From Psilocybe cubensis (Eukaryota): a stretch of 64,000 nucleotides of DNA. Below, piece by piece: positions 29,314 to 45,897 of this stretch. Position 1 is the stretch's first letter. Each line of letters begins with the position of its first letter. The position numbers were made by a program, and so were the translations under genes. The notes below the pieces were generated by a model, which was not told the origin of the DNA, ran no database searches, and saw only the letters and a list, made by a program, of their open reading frames with translations. The stretch covers positions 2,108,001 to 2,172,000 of the forward strand of contig CM039002.1 in assembly GCA_017499595.2 (NCBI GenBank), in the 5' to 3' direction.

Positions 29314-32300
29314 TTCTTGATCTTACCCTCGTCTTCTCCCCCTTCTTATCATTCATGGTCACTAGAGTGGATGCCGTATTTGCCCTCCCATCTCCTTCAG
29401 CACATCTTTCCTACGAAGCCCAATTGTACCACCAACCTCACCAACCCATGTCTTTTTAGTACAACCAACATCAAGGAAGTTTTGGTTCTCCTGTTGCTGT
29501 CCTGCTGTTTATGATTTGTACCTCAACTCAACTATCTCGAAATTTACGACCTCAACCGTAGACCTGGCTTGGCCGAGATCATCCAATTCCCCATGGTGGA
29601 TCTCGACGGATCCATGTCATATATTCGGACGCACCGTTCACGTAAAGTACTTGTTTCACTCCTTTTCATATCTCTTTTTCTTCTGGCTCTCGGCCATCAC
29701 AACACTATAATCATGACTCTCAAAGCTTTGCTCGTTATCATACTCCTTTGCGCGCATTGTATCATTCTCACTCTCCTTTTTGCATTTTATTTTTCTCCTT
29801 TTCAACTGTCTATTTTTCACTCCTTCCCCCTGTCCAATGTTTGTTTTGTCGTTTTCCTCTTTTTTTTAACAAAAAGAATTGGAGGCATTCTATCACTCTT
29901 TTTCTCCATCCGCGTCTTTCCTTTCACTCTGTTTCTCGTTGATTCTATCTGTCTCATTCCTTTTACTAAGTTTGTGGCTTTGTTTTTATGTTTCCTACGC
30001 CTTTCCTATCAGGATGGGCAGGATTATCTGATTACAAATTTCCTCCTTTTATCTTGTGTATCACTATTCAGAATACTAGATTCCTCGTCGAAAATATGGG
30101 GCGCGCCGCCTCGTCGAAGTTCAAGTCGCAGTCGAAATTCGAGGTTCGAAATTGCAAAAAGTAACGAGTCACTTACCGCTCCGCCCTATCTCCCGCATAC
30201 AGCCTTGCCGTGCACTCCACGCTGCACTGACACTGACGCACCGCGCTCCGTCGAGTCCGTTTTCCGCTCCTGGCCGCCCGGAATGCCCCATCACAGTGCA
30301 TCAATTTACCCTGAATGTATCGATGGGGTCCGTAGCCTACCTCACCCACCATTGTTGTGTCACCTCAATTCCGGATCCGATTCCACACTTTGCGTCACTC
30401 GCAATGGAGGGCTCCGGCGGAGAGGGGTTCTATCGTATCAGGTTCTATTTTTTGACTGTGCTCAGAGTTCTTACGCGTTGCACGTTTGGGTATCCATCAC
30501 GACTGGCACAGTACACACATGTCCTGTTCATGTCCATGTCCGTCAAGGCAGAACGGTCACGTCAGGCCACCATGCAGTATCACTATGCGTTGGAAATCTG
30601 CTGGAAATGGGGTAAAATGACGAGCCGATGCCAGAGCCGGGCTCCAGTGTGTTGCTTCCTTTTTTGTCTCTCTTTTTGCTGGGTCTGGTAGGTAGTGGTG
30701 ATCATTTCCCGCATATCACTGATTCGGGCTTCCTTGCCAGCGATACTGCGTTTCTGCGGTTTACTTGGGCCGGGTGACAGCGCGCTGGACCTCCTCTATG
30801 TCACTCGTACAGTCTGCTTGCCTTACAGCGCATCGCGCCGTTGCCATCGATTTCGACATTCTTTATTCTTGCCATCGCACCCGCCTTCCTTAACCCGTGT
30901 ATTGTGGCAGAAGTGACCTGACACGGTGTTATCTCGTATCTCGTCACGGATTGGTGACCCCCCAATAGCTCTTAGCCGCGGACAATTGGGCTTTTTCCAG
31001 AAATAAATGTGTGAAGAAAAGTTGCCCAATTATTCAATCGCGACATGACTCGGAGTCCCTCTCGTAACGCTTTATGGTTAAGGTTATGATTATGTGTTAT
31101 ATGCATGGCAAGATGGGTACCCGCTGGAGGCTCTGGGGCCTGAACAAGGACATCTGATGTCCTTTTGCTTTCGCAATTTCAAAAACCCGCCCTCGTTTCG
31201 TTGATCTCCTTGCCGTTTTCTTTCCAAAGCTCATCTCAAAGTCTCAGAGTCATAGTGATTCCCATATATATAGTGCATGGCGGCGCGTTCGCGTCGAAAT
31301 CCGCCTTCTTGGCATCCGGTGATGAAATTCGCAGGAAGCAGCCCCGAGCCAATCGCGAGCAATCACCAAGCTATCACCGGACATTTCTCGTGAACAATTG
31401 ACTTCGCCTGACTCGTCATTCCAAGCTGATTGTCACTTTTTTAATGCAGGGCGCAGACAACTCGATGGTCGGCGCGGTCTGGGTCTGGTGTGTGAACTAT
31501 GTCTGGTCTTCTCTCGAAACGAGCCCTAGGCACGCTTGGTGAATTCCCAGGTAACTTGTGATTACTTTCAATTATTATTTCAGAATGACACGAGGCCCTC
31601 AAGCGATGACCTATCACTCAGCGTTGGACCTTTTGGAGCTGCGCAAAGAAAACTGATGGAAGGCAAGCTTGCTTTACAAAATACCACTTACGATTCCGTC
31701 AGAAATCAACTCCTTGGGCCCATGGTCGAAGGTAATGATCGGAATATTACGAAGCACGACGGGTATGATGCATGCCTCGTCACTGCGGGCTGCTGATCGT
31801 ATTTACGAGGTATATGTCCTATTTTTTCTGCTTTGATGTCGTCGACTGTTGTGGTCAAGGTGCTCTGTGCCTCAAAGAGGCAGCGGTTTCGCATGGGTCG
31901 AAAGATTGGTTGTTGTGTATCACATTCCTAATGTTTTGATGTACTATTATTATGATCTTATCAGTAGAGAGGTAATTAGAGGCAAGTATACGCAATGCTA
32001 ATAAAAATGAAACCACCTGGGAATGGCACCTTCCTGTTGCACTGGATATTCGAGCAATATGTTAAACAGCTTTTCGCGTTCTGGTTCTCACTCCACAGTA
32101 TAAATCGTAAGCAATAGACTTGTACGTTGTCCAGATAAATACGCCTTGTTTCTTTGTCCAACCTCGGCGGCGGCGCAATGGTGAGATTTACATTGATTCA
32201 TGGTATATAGGTAGACAACGGTGAAGGGGTAATCGATATCATCGAAAGCTTTTTTAGATGTGACAAATGTAATACGTACCTCCAACTTGAAGTCATTTAC

Positions 32301-33011
32301 GAATCTTGAAGTGATGTAAAAAGCAAAGTGCCAACTATTTACTCGGAACTCCCACTGATTTGTAGTAACGGATTATCTCTAGCCGGCAACAGACTCGGGG
32401 CGTCAATCGATATTTAATACTAATAGATAAGCTACTCGCATTCTAGATTCAACTCTCGATTAACAAACACCCCTCCCACAAGCTTTATGAGGGCTGCGGC
32501 AAGTTTCGTCTCTGCGACACTTGTGCGCGTCAGCGTGGAAATGAAGATGAAATACCTAACTTCGACTGATGGTTGTTGTAGATGTAACTGAAACATTTCG
32601 AAATCAGCTCAAATAAAACCTGAGAAGAAATTCGACCTGCCAAATTTTGAGGACGATGCGGCCGTGTGGGCGCTGAATATTTGGTGTAGAACTCGTATAT
32701 GAATGATTTACATTCACAATCTGGCAGATGAAATTGATTTTGCGGACGAGCGCATCCCCGGCTACGCGGTCATTGCGGCACGCGTTTCACCCTGCCCTAA
32801 ACTTGATAATATAACTATCTATTTTTGGACAAGGATAAAAATAGCCACACTCTGACTCTGAAATACTCAGGGGGCTCAGATGTGACTGAGATGGGGACTT
32901 GTCATTCCTTATGGTACTCTCAAGGAAGGAAAGAAATGAGAATCATATTCGAGGTATATATACAGAAATATCTCGTTTTATCCAAATATTCGTGCTGACC
33001 AAGGTATTAAA

Positions 33012-35587
33012 TCAATTTTTTACCAACTCAACAATCAGCGGAAGATGATTATGCCCAATGTTCTCAATCCGCGATGTAGTTGGCGAGGCGATCGTATTCA
33101 TCTGCCAAACTATTTTCTTATCTGGAGGCGAAAATCTAAAAGTTTCGATCAGAATGGAAAGGGCAACCTCTGATGCACCAGGATTAGACGGTTCGCCTGC
33201 AATTTAAGAATTGACATGCTTACTCATTTCCAGCTGAGAAAACTTGAACCCGCTGGTAAGAAGATCAGAAAAAGTGAATAATAGATTCAAATGTACGCTT
33301 GAAGCACAAGCTTACATGCATGCCCTTCCTCCACCAAGGAATGTCATCCTAAAGTTCGCTCGAGATCAACATCACATCGGTAAAGTTGTGCTTCATATAT
33401 ACTCACAGATTGGAATATATTCCTGGCAGATGGGCATCCACTAAGGGATCAGGAAGAGGCTTCAGCCATCTTTCCGGCTTCCATTCGTAAGAATCTGGTC
33501 CCCAAAGCTCTGAATTCCTATTTGACGCCATGACGCCAATGATGATATTTGTGTTGTTTGGAACAGGGATCTCTGACATCTCTTTCCCGTCTAGCCCTCT
33601 GATAGGTTTAGACAGGGGTAAGACTACATCCTGACGAGTACTTAGTGCGGTAGAACTTATTCAGCTGAATAATGTCTGGCTGTGAACAACACACGTACGT
33701 TCTTTGGACCATAGAAAAAGGGGGGTACCTAATTATTTGGGTTAAAAATCTAGATAAAATCGTTTAATAGTTAAGCATACATCCTGAGCGTTTCTCGGCA
33801 CACAGCATCGAGGTAGGGTAGGGAAACCAATTGATCGTAAGCAAGATCACCGTCCTGAACCAGTTTTGCATCCCTCAATTCTTGACGGAGTTTCTCTTGT
33901 ACATCGGGGTGCATTGCAAGTAGGTGAAGGGTGCGAGACAGTGCACTCGATGTGGTGTCCATCGCAGCGAAAATCAGTGTCCTAAATAATGCTTATGAGA
34001 TACCGCGCGAAGTTCTGTATGGTATATTTAGGCAACTTACGACATTTGCCCAAGCAGCTCTTGGTCAGTTAGTCTGTCAGAATCCAGTGCTTTCATGTTT
34101 GCTTTCACTATAGATATAAATTTAGCCTCGCTGCCACTAAGTCAAAGGAAATACATAGATGCACGCACAGAGGATGCTGAGGATATCTTTTTCTTCCTGC
34201 ATAGCGATGGCCTCGTCACCTTCCGCCAGTGCTTTCTTTTTTGTTTCCAGGATTTCAATGGATGTTTCATGAAGAACGTCAATTATATCTCGGAGACGAT
34301 GGGCGTCTTTCCATGGTATCAAATCCAATATAGCACGGCGAAACCTCGGAGAACCGATTTTGACAATTGTTGAGACGAAGTATGTGCGAAGGAAAATGAA
34401 CTTGAAAGCCAGAGGCCTAAAATTGAGTCAGTAGTCTATACAGTTATGAATATTTGGGTCACCAAGGTGCTCACAAAAGTTCTTTTGCAGATTTAAGGTA
34501 CCGATGGGGAGGTTCATCCTCAGTTAATGGATCAAACGAATGACCTAGTCCGCTTTGAGCCACCAGCTCCAAGGCAAGCCTAGCCGTCCATCTCAAAAGA
34601 TCAATCTTTAGGTAACAAGTCTCTATATTAATTTCAGGTGAAACCAATATTAGAAAAACTGGCACCTCTTGTGGGCCGTTCTGAACCCTCATTTTGAGAG
34701 TAGCTCGAAGCTGATGTGTAACTTGATAGAATATAGGTACTTTTGTTATTGGTATTGCGATAAGTTATTGTCGATAGTTAACGTAAAATGAACGACGTAC
34801 CCATTTCGCGCATATGAGCAATCGAGAAAACAGGGTTTAACATTTTTCTCTGTTTACGATGTTGCTCTCCTACAATACAAGAAGACATGTTGATTAGTAT
34901 AACAATTAACGCTACATTATATCGTTGTACTTACCAAGGGTTCCAAGAAGTCCACGTCCAAATAACAATCTGTTCCCTCTACACATAGCAATATGAGTAA
35001 GTGTCTAACTGTGCCATGGTAGAGTAAAGGAATATCACAAACTCGATGAAAGCTGAGGTTTCTTCATACAAGTATTGATCCTAAAGCATTCGTTAGATCA
35101 TCTTGCTTCCATGGTTATTTCTCACTAGTGAATGCACTACCTTTACAACGATTTGATGCAGTGCCTTTGGATCAAAGACGTAAAGTTGGATATCCTGGTT
35201 ATTGAGCCGTCGATGAGCAATAATAAGATGGATAGGTATATAGAACAAACTCCAAGTAGCGCTTTAATTTTGATAACGCTTCCATCTAGGCAAGGGCAGG
35301 TCGCAATGGGTAAATAAAATGATAAAATCAAATGTGTAGGCCTTACACTTCTCAGCGATTTCTCGATGAAAACCCCATGCATTCGGATTGAAAACATCAG
35401 AGAAAACACCTACAACCACATGTTAGGAAGTATGTATATGTTGCACGGCGTACAGCCTGCCTTTCAGATTCCATGTTTTTGGAGCTGGTCCTGGAATGTT
35501 ATCGAGTGCTGACTTCTTGAAGAACAGTCGCCACAGGATCCATACAGCGACAGATAACGCAGTCGCTTGTAAAAGGTGGATTGACAT
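33012..35587 (-). CDS. Cytochrome P450 monooxygenase, multi-exon
   Basis: N-terminal TM plus LDNIPGP; I-helix FAAMDTTS; ExxR in LDAVCRETLR; KPERW; heme motif FLGGGRAC/IGFKFSQLEM. Confidence 0.92.
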
Positions 35588-36899
35588 TGGAGGGTGTAGA
35601 GTACGAAGAAGTTCAAGGATCATACCAGGCATATTGGCCTGCAATGAGGTCGACTTTATCTCATTTATACTTTAAACTCTGAGGGATGGGAAAGCTTGAG
35701 GGGATAAAGACGCACGATGAAATCGGCCCATCGGGCATGGAGCCAGATGATTAATATTAATGCCTGCAGCAGCAGCAGTGGACTGATAGTGGTTCTATTC
35801 CGACGTGGTATCCATAGACTTGATGGGGTTTCTCCTAGATAGCTTACTGCCCACAGTAACGTTAGTACACTGTGGGGAGGGTCATATGCGGGGAAAGTGG
35901 GTGTAAGGTCCAGAGTCTACTATAGATATACAGCGCGTTTCAAACACAGTCAATCACAGAGGTTGCTAGAGCAGGAGACACCCCAAGGCTCGAGATCATC
36001 CGTACCATCTCAAGGTGTTTGGAACATTAACTCCATCCTGCTATGAGCAAAGGACCCAGAGCCACCGGCAAAACAACAGCCTGGAGTATGCATGAAAAAT
36101 TTCCCAGAAGTGTAGCAGAACTGAACGACATCCTCATTGACAAGACAAAACCTACGTAGTAGGTGGCCACTGCGATCTGCAAACACAAGATTTGCTAACG
36201 AGAAACCGCAACTTTGCCTTCTGCGAAGACTCCTTGACAGGCTGGACAAAGACAAGAATAACGAAGGCACGATGACAGTAGTTGCGGATGGGCTCATCCG
36301 GATCGGTCGTCCCAGAGAATAATAGGGGCCTTTTGGTTGTACGTCGGACGATCACGTCCAAAGTTATGACGCGGGGTGCAATAAGCGCAATGATGGTGTA
36401 TGCACTTAGAACTTCTATGGTATGGTTGAAAAAAGGCAAGAAACTTTTCGGTTAGAAATCTTCCGGTAGTCCTTGTTTTTTTGGTGCATTGGTGTTTCTT
36501 TCCCTTGAAAGCGCGTTCAAGTTAAAGAGACAACTATAGAATCAGTGGAGTCCATTTGAAGCAAGGATAAGCGAGAAGTAAGACGCAAATGTATACCAGA
36601 AAATAAGGCTTTCTTGCAGGCAACAGTGTCCGAAGTAGTAAATTAGTCGCATCAGGAAGGAAATCATCTGAGGAGTCGACCTACAAGGACATTCCTGGTT
36701 TCTCAGCCAGGAGATCCCGTGGGAAGCCCACCGCACTCGGCGACTCCCTCAGTAATGAAGTTGACTTCGACAATATACATTGACAGGCCTCTGACCTTCA
36801 GCCCAAGCTTCGACGAGTGCAACGCTATGGCCAAGACTCGGAAGAAAATATTCTATCTGTTCAAAGTGGATTACTAACCTTCAAGTAGTGGTCAAGTCC

Positions 36900-37495
36900 T
36901 AAGATTGGGCTCATCAGAAACCAGCACCCTTACGTAATCAATGGGCTTGGCGCCAAGAGCGGCCAAAATCCAGCTCGAAAAAAAAATCAAAAGTTATGTT
37001 GACGGAAAATGGTTTCAGACAAAAAGTTTAAAAAAAAAAAATTCATAAATGTGCATATACAATCCTTACTACTAGCCTTTATGCCCACAATAATAGAATT
37101 ACACCTCAGAGGTCAAATTGTAGTCTCTGGAAGTCCATAATGAGTCTGAGAGGTATTACTTAGGCGTGACTTATTGTCACGTGTGGTCACGTGTACCATT
37201 ATATAAGCGGCCAAAAGAACATTGTCAAATTTTCGAAAATCTCCCAAACTCGAGAAAACACCATTTCTGACGTGTTAGACTAAAAAAAAAGGAAAAAAAT
37301 TAAAATCTTTATAACTTCTTGAGATCAAAATTTTTTTGAAAAAAAAAACCACAGATGTGTTCAAAGAAGCATAACCTACATATCTGTGGTTCAAAAATGT
37401 AGAATAGTGTGAGTGCAGAAGGGTTGAAAAGGTTCGGAGGTAAGCCAACTTTTGCTTACCTAAGGGGGTGCTGGTTCCTGATGAGCCCAATCTTA
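36900..37495. mobile_element. Non-autonomous TIR element (MITE-like), ~596 bp
   Basis: Left end taagattgggctcatcagaaaccagcaccc (36900-) is the reverse complement of the right end gggtgctggttcctgatgagcccaatctta (-37495) with one mismatch in 30. Looser similarity continues to ~50 bp. AT-rich non-coding interior; the outer TA may be a target-site duplication. Confidence 0.8.
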
Positions 37496-38701
37496 CCTTC
37501 AGCAGCCTCTACCCAATAATAGAGGCTGGCGAAGAGTGCTGCATGTATGATCTATACTCCGCAAGGATGTAACGGAAAATTCCATCCGAAGGACATATAC
37601 GGTTGGAAAAACCTTGCCTCCGGTGAACTTGTGTTACTTTGCTCTTTCGCGTCATACTGAACCTGGAATCTGGATGGAGTCCGATGGATAAGGCGGCCAC
37701 TGTGCTTTGGTTTTTGACTGTCTAACAAACCAATATGCAATTAAGACATACACAATCTTCAATTTAAATCACAAGAAATAGACATTGTGTACCAACCATT
37801 GGAAATGAATTGTTGCAACGATTCGAGAGTGTTCTATAAAAAGAACACGTTTTTTGGACTCTGGTAACGTTTCTGGCAAGCAACAAGGGAGGGCAAGCAA
37901 CAAAGGAGATAGACGACGGACATAGCGCAGCAGGACAAGGACGAATGGATGTAGACGACACCGAAGAGTATTTGAATAAGTGTTCAGTATCACAGATTTG
38001 TTGACTATCTCGCTTGAAATTGTGGAATACCGAAGTGTCGAATCACCGGGCGCCTGGTCTGTTATCCACGCATCAAGGGTGGAGGGGATTTCATTATTTC
38101 ATATCATAACTGAGAGATTCTTTGTTACGTCCTTCCAACGATTTAACGCCTTCTTTTGGTAAAATTTCAACGAAATTTCTTGAAAGTGGGAATCTTCAGG
38201 TGATTTAGAGTAAGGCATAGTCTTTGACTGGATGTACGATTAGCTGCGCACTCTCGGTTTTAGTCAGCCTAATGTTGGGTATTACAAAATGGGATAATCG
38301 CCTCTCCGTTGGCGGATTCTCTTCTCACCTGGATCCCAAATAAAGGAGTGTCTCTGAGATTCCGCCCCGGCATGACTATTACTTTTACGCAATAGGAACA
38401 AGCTGCGTACCATCAAGGATTACTTTGCTCATTGGTGTATGCCATCTGGGATGAGCCGGTAAGGTAAACAAAACGAAATTTCGGTACTTGAGATGGTGGT
38501 GGTAGCACTGTAGTGTAAGAGAGCGGAGGTGGCCAAATACAAAGGGACCTGTCACGGTCTCAGTAAAATAGGCTGTAATTAGTTTCCCACAACGCCATCA
38601 TTTGATTCATTTCGTATATGACTCCGGGCAACCTCTGAGTCTGGGGACCTAGGTCGGGGTGGCACCTTTCTTATCTTAAACAACGCTGGCAAAGAAAACA
38701 C

Positions 38702-40833
38702 ATGTCGTCACACCCCAAATCGCCAATTGCCTACAGTCCACCTTCAGTTGGACGAACTACAGCACCCCCAACACCAGTGGTGCCCACCGTAAACGTCCCG
38801 AGCCAGCCACATCTCGTGTCTCTCGTCGTCCAATCGAAGAAGGCGCTGCAACACGGTGAACAACTTTGCACAAGGGCCCACACGTCGTCAAATGAGTCAG
38901 CGCAAGCCTCAGTTGACGTCTTAGCACTGGACGCCAAAGTGCGTTGGATTGTTGAGGCAGTGGTGGAACAATTGCAGGTGCGCCGGTAATTTGGGCGTCA
39001 ATATTATCTCACACTTGTTCTAACGTATGTCAAATTGTAGCTGGCAGCAAGTGTCGCGAAAACGATAGAAGAGAAACGGACGGATATCTCAAGGCAAGCG
39101 AATGTACGTTCAATGCACTTACAATAAACATATGGAATACGAAATAACGCGTCAATAGGAATGGGATATTGCTAGAACACAACAAACAGATGCCTTGGAC
39201 GCCATCCTAGAGTCTCTAGGGGCACAACTCGTCCCGCCAGAATTTCACCAGCATTCCTCAGACTCGTCATTGTTTGGGAGTCAGCATTCGGCTGATTTGG
39301 AGAATGAAAGGCTCGCGTCGAAAGGTAATAACACTCAGCTCTCCCCTGCTATGTTGAGCAACAAGAAGCCGAATGGATCCTCGGACGACTACAGTCAACT
39401 ACGATCCCCTATATCGCCTGTGTCACCGTCCGCCACTCTTCGAAGAAATGGTTCTATACGTCAAGCTAACGAAACTAAAGACAAAGGGCGTACCAAGCAC
39501 CGCAATCCCAGCGGAACCCGGAGAAGTACGAAGGAAGAAAGGAAGCGTTGGAAGACGTTGCGGGACTTTGTGGACGACCAAGCTATTGAAACCGTTCTTG
39601 AGACTATAGAGAACGATAGATCGGCATTAGAGGTATGCCGTAGCTTGTGTTTGTCTGTTTTCGGCCATTGCTAACTTACCAAAGGAAATTATAAGCAAGA
39701 CGGACGACTATCCCGAGACCCTCACGCGCACCATACATACAATCCGATCTTCGTTACCATTTCCAAACCCTGATGAACCTGATGCACTGAAACGAACACA
39801 GCAAATTGTTGTGGAACAGGAACACCTGGTAAATTCAATGGCATCACTTTTAGAAAGTCTGGCAAGTCATTATGACGGTATGGCGAATGCCTTGAAAGAC
39901 TCCGAGAATGGGGAAGATTTTAGTGACGAAGATCTACAAGGCATGTAGAACTTTTTAACGTGTGCTAGTCATCCCCAGTGAGTTAACGCGATTTTTAGTC
40001 ATGAATCGGGATACAGATGAGTTGCCAGCTATCATGCGTGAACTTGAAGATAGTTTGAGGGTTATTGAAGAATATCAGTGGGTGGTTGTCGTTATTCTTG
40101 CTTGATGTTTGGTCTGAGAAACGTTAGTGGGCTACTCAATAAAACTAAAGGTAGTTTGGAGAAAGATCTAAAGCATCTTTCTACCGTTCTGGATGACCTA
40201 GATGAACTCGGAGAAATTATGAGTGAAATGTTACATACCCAAGAAATACTTGAAGTATGTACTTTGTTCTTTCTGTGGACACGTTTTTAATCTCTTTTAT
40301 AGGTTCAGGCTAACGAAGAACTCATTCGACTGCACGATCATCTGACGGCCCTTGAAAGCACCTTCCATATTCCTTATGTTGAATATAGAACCGCCTTTAC
40401 CAAATTATTGCTTGAAATTGAGCGACGGAGGCAATACAAGGAAGCCGCTGAAAACATTGTCAGTGGGATGATGAAGCATTTGGAATCTATGACAGAAGGT
40501 ACGGTACCATAATTTGATAGGAACAATCGATTTCCTGAATGTCTTTGTAGAAGAAACCCGTGTCAGAGAGCACTTCAACAAGGAATATGGCGGTAGTTTA
40601 CCCCTCGACCTTTGTTTATATGTTGCCAATTCTCCAACAAGATGGGAAATTGTCCCATGGCAGGGCACCACTCCAGAAGCTCTTCCCCACATAGACAACG
40701 ATCTTCTTGCGGAGGTGTGTAGTATATTTAATTAAAACTCGCCTTAGTTCAATAATAATGTATCAATCATTAGGCGAGGGCGAAAGTTGCTTCTTCTGAC
40801 GGACCACTGAAACTGGGACATGACAGCCAATGA
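38702..40833 (+). CDS. ATG17: Autophagy scaffold protein Atg17-like, multi-exon
   Basis: Coiled-coil protein with SKKALQHGEQLC, LDAKVRWIVEAVVEQL, KTLRDFVDDQAIE, MASLLESLASHYD, MNRDTDELPAI, LLLEIERRRQY, EETRVREHFNKEYGGSLPLDLC; matches the remembered Atg17 family pattern. Confidence 0.8.
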
Positions 40834-41065
40834 ATGATTTGGCTAGATCTAACATTATCATGTATTATTGAGGATGGATACAAATGCGATTGAACTAAGC
40901 ACCACTAAAAACAAGTACAAAAGTCAATTATTTCACTGGGATCCATTGAGCATGTATCTCGATGTTCAGGGGGTGCGCTGTTTGTTCCAAGGGCTTGAAC
41001 CAAATACAGTAGACCCTAATCATAACCACAGTATCATGTCAGTACGCAGTTCCTCATAATTAACA

Positions 41066-42870
41066 ATGTCTGTTCTGGCACCCATCATCTGCGATAATGG
41101 TACTGGATACTCAAAAGTGGGGTATGTACTTCTGTCGGATATAGGAGAAATGCATGTTCTTATAGTATCCGCGTAGTTTCGCAGGAAACTCAGATCCTTC
41201 ATTGTATGTTCAATCTATTTGTCTGAAACCATCCCATTGAAGGCAGGGCTAACATCGGGACGATCTATAAATCAGTGTCTTTCCAACTGCAATAGCAACG
41301 CGTGGATCTGCTGCTCAATCATCTCGCGCGCCAGCAGTCCCAAGCAAACCAGGGCATCTAGCATCCAAGCGGGGCGTCGAGGACCTTGATTTTTTCATCG
41401 GAGACGAGGCGCTTGCGAACGCGAAGACCCCTGGATATGGCGTGCACTATCCCATTCGACATGGTATGATTGATAACTGGGATCACATGGAGCGTTATTG
41501 GGAGCAGACGATCTTCAAGTACCTTCGTGCAGAACCAGAAGATCACTACTTCCTACTCGTGCGTACTCTCGCCAGTACTCCGTAGCCATCGACTGCGGCC
41601 ACTGACATCTATGACTTTCTTAGACCGAGCCACCTCTCAATCCTCCTGAGAACAGGGAACAGACGGCCGAAATCTTCTTTGAATCATTCAATATCAAAGG
41701 ATTATATATTGCCGTTCAGGCCGTGCTCGCGCTCGCCGCTTCGTGGTCATCGAACCGAGTTACCGACCGTACTCTCACTGGTACTGTCATCGACTCCGGC
41801 GATGGTGTCACCCACGTTATTCCATGCGCCGAGGGCTACGTCATTGGAAGTGCAATCAAGCATATCCCCATCGCTGGTCGTGATATTTCACAATTTGTGC
41901 TCAATCTTATGCGAGAGAGAGGAGAGATGGCCCAAGTTCCCCCTGAAGATCAACTGAGAGTTGCAAGCAAGGTCAAAGAGAGCTACAGTTACGTCTGCCA
42001 GGACATCGTCAGAGAATTCAGAAAGTACGACGAGGAACCTTACAAGTACTTTGAACGATACGAGGGAGAGCACAGTGTTACCGGAAGGGTGCGGTCTTCT
42101 ATCTATCTAAACTTGTTGCAGAAAACGCTGACACTTCCTTCAGAAATACGGTGTCGATGTCGGATATGAACGCTTCCTAGCCCCTGAAATATTCTTCAAC
42201 CCTGAAATTTACTCTTCTGACTTTCTCACCCCTCTGCCTGAAATTGTTGATGATGTGATTCAGCAATCTCCCATTGATGTGCGTCGAGGACTGTACAAGG
42301 TAAATTGTGAAATCCACCCCATCAATTTTTTTTGTAATGAACGACTTTTCTTTAGAACATTGTTCTCTCTGGAGGATCTACCATGTTCCAACACTTTGGA
42401 ACGAGGCTCAAGCGCGATTTGAAACAATTGGTGGACCGCAGGTTGGATGCTAGCGTTACAGCAAGCGGCAGTGCGCAAAGAGTATGTAGTTACAACTTGC
42501 CAAAATCTCCATTTATCTTAAGTTTGATGAACTGACTTGGTTGCTCAGTCCTCGGGTGTTGAGGTTGACGTCATCTCCCACAAACGCCAGCGGTTCGTTC
42601 TTTTTTCTTATTTTCATGGTCATACCTATTCCTGTATCAGCTCGAACCTGACCTGGTTCATAAATATCTCTTCAGGTACGCTGTATGGTTCGGCGGCTCA
42701 CTCTTAGCATCCTTGGTACGTAAATTGATTGACTCGCAAAGGCAAGCGCTTATTCTTGATTTTATGTCATCTAGCCCGATTTCTATACTTCCTGCCACAC
42801 GAAAGCGCAGTACGACGAGGTTGGCCCCAGCATTTGCAGACGTTACCAAATATTTGGCAGCTCTACATAA
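41066..42870 (+). CDS. ARP3: Actin-related protein 3 (Arp2/3 complex)
   Basis: [104 protein letters not shown]. Confidence 0.96.
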
Positions 42871-43141
42871 AGTTAGAACACTGCATTTTCAAAAGACGAT
42901 ACCATGCTTTTATAGTGCCCTTCTTACCAATTCGCTGCAACCAATGGAAATATTTGTAACACGGATTAAGTACAACGTCTCGCCCGCAAATTTCGTTCGT
43001 GCGTTGCTGAGAATTATGCTTCATGCAAGAGCGAAGTCACCGACCTGCTTAAATCCAAGAACTCATCCAACTACTATTGTAGGTTTGGTATCGAATGCTA
43101 TTATAAGTATACATACATTTGTCGTTTAATTCTAATCGATT

Positions 43142-45897
<2,756 letters not shown>

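Noticed and set aside
29569-30615. 348-aa hydrophobic ORF downstream of the LAMMER kinase
   Set aside because: Non-ATG start, no introns, and F/L/S content explained by a T/C-rich 3' UTR-like sequence; no recognisable motif.
30900-32990. Searched the long intergenic region for tRNA or ncRNA genes
   Set aside because: No cloverleaf or A/B-box pattern or convincing structured RNA recognised by eye; a covariance-model search would be needed to exclude one.
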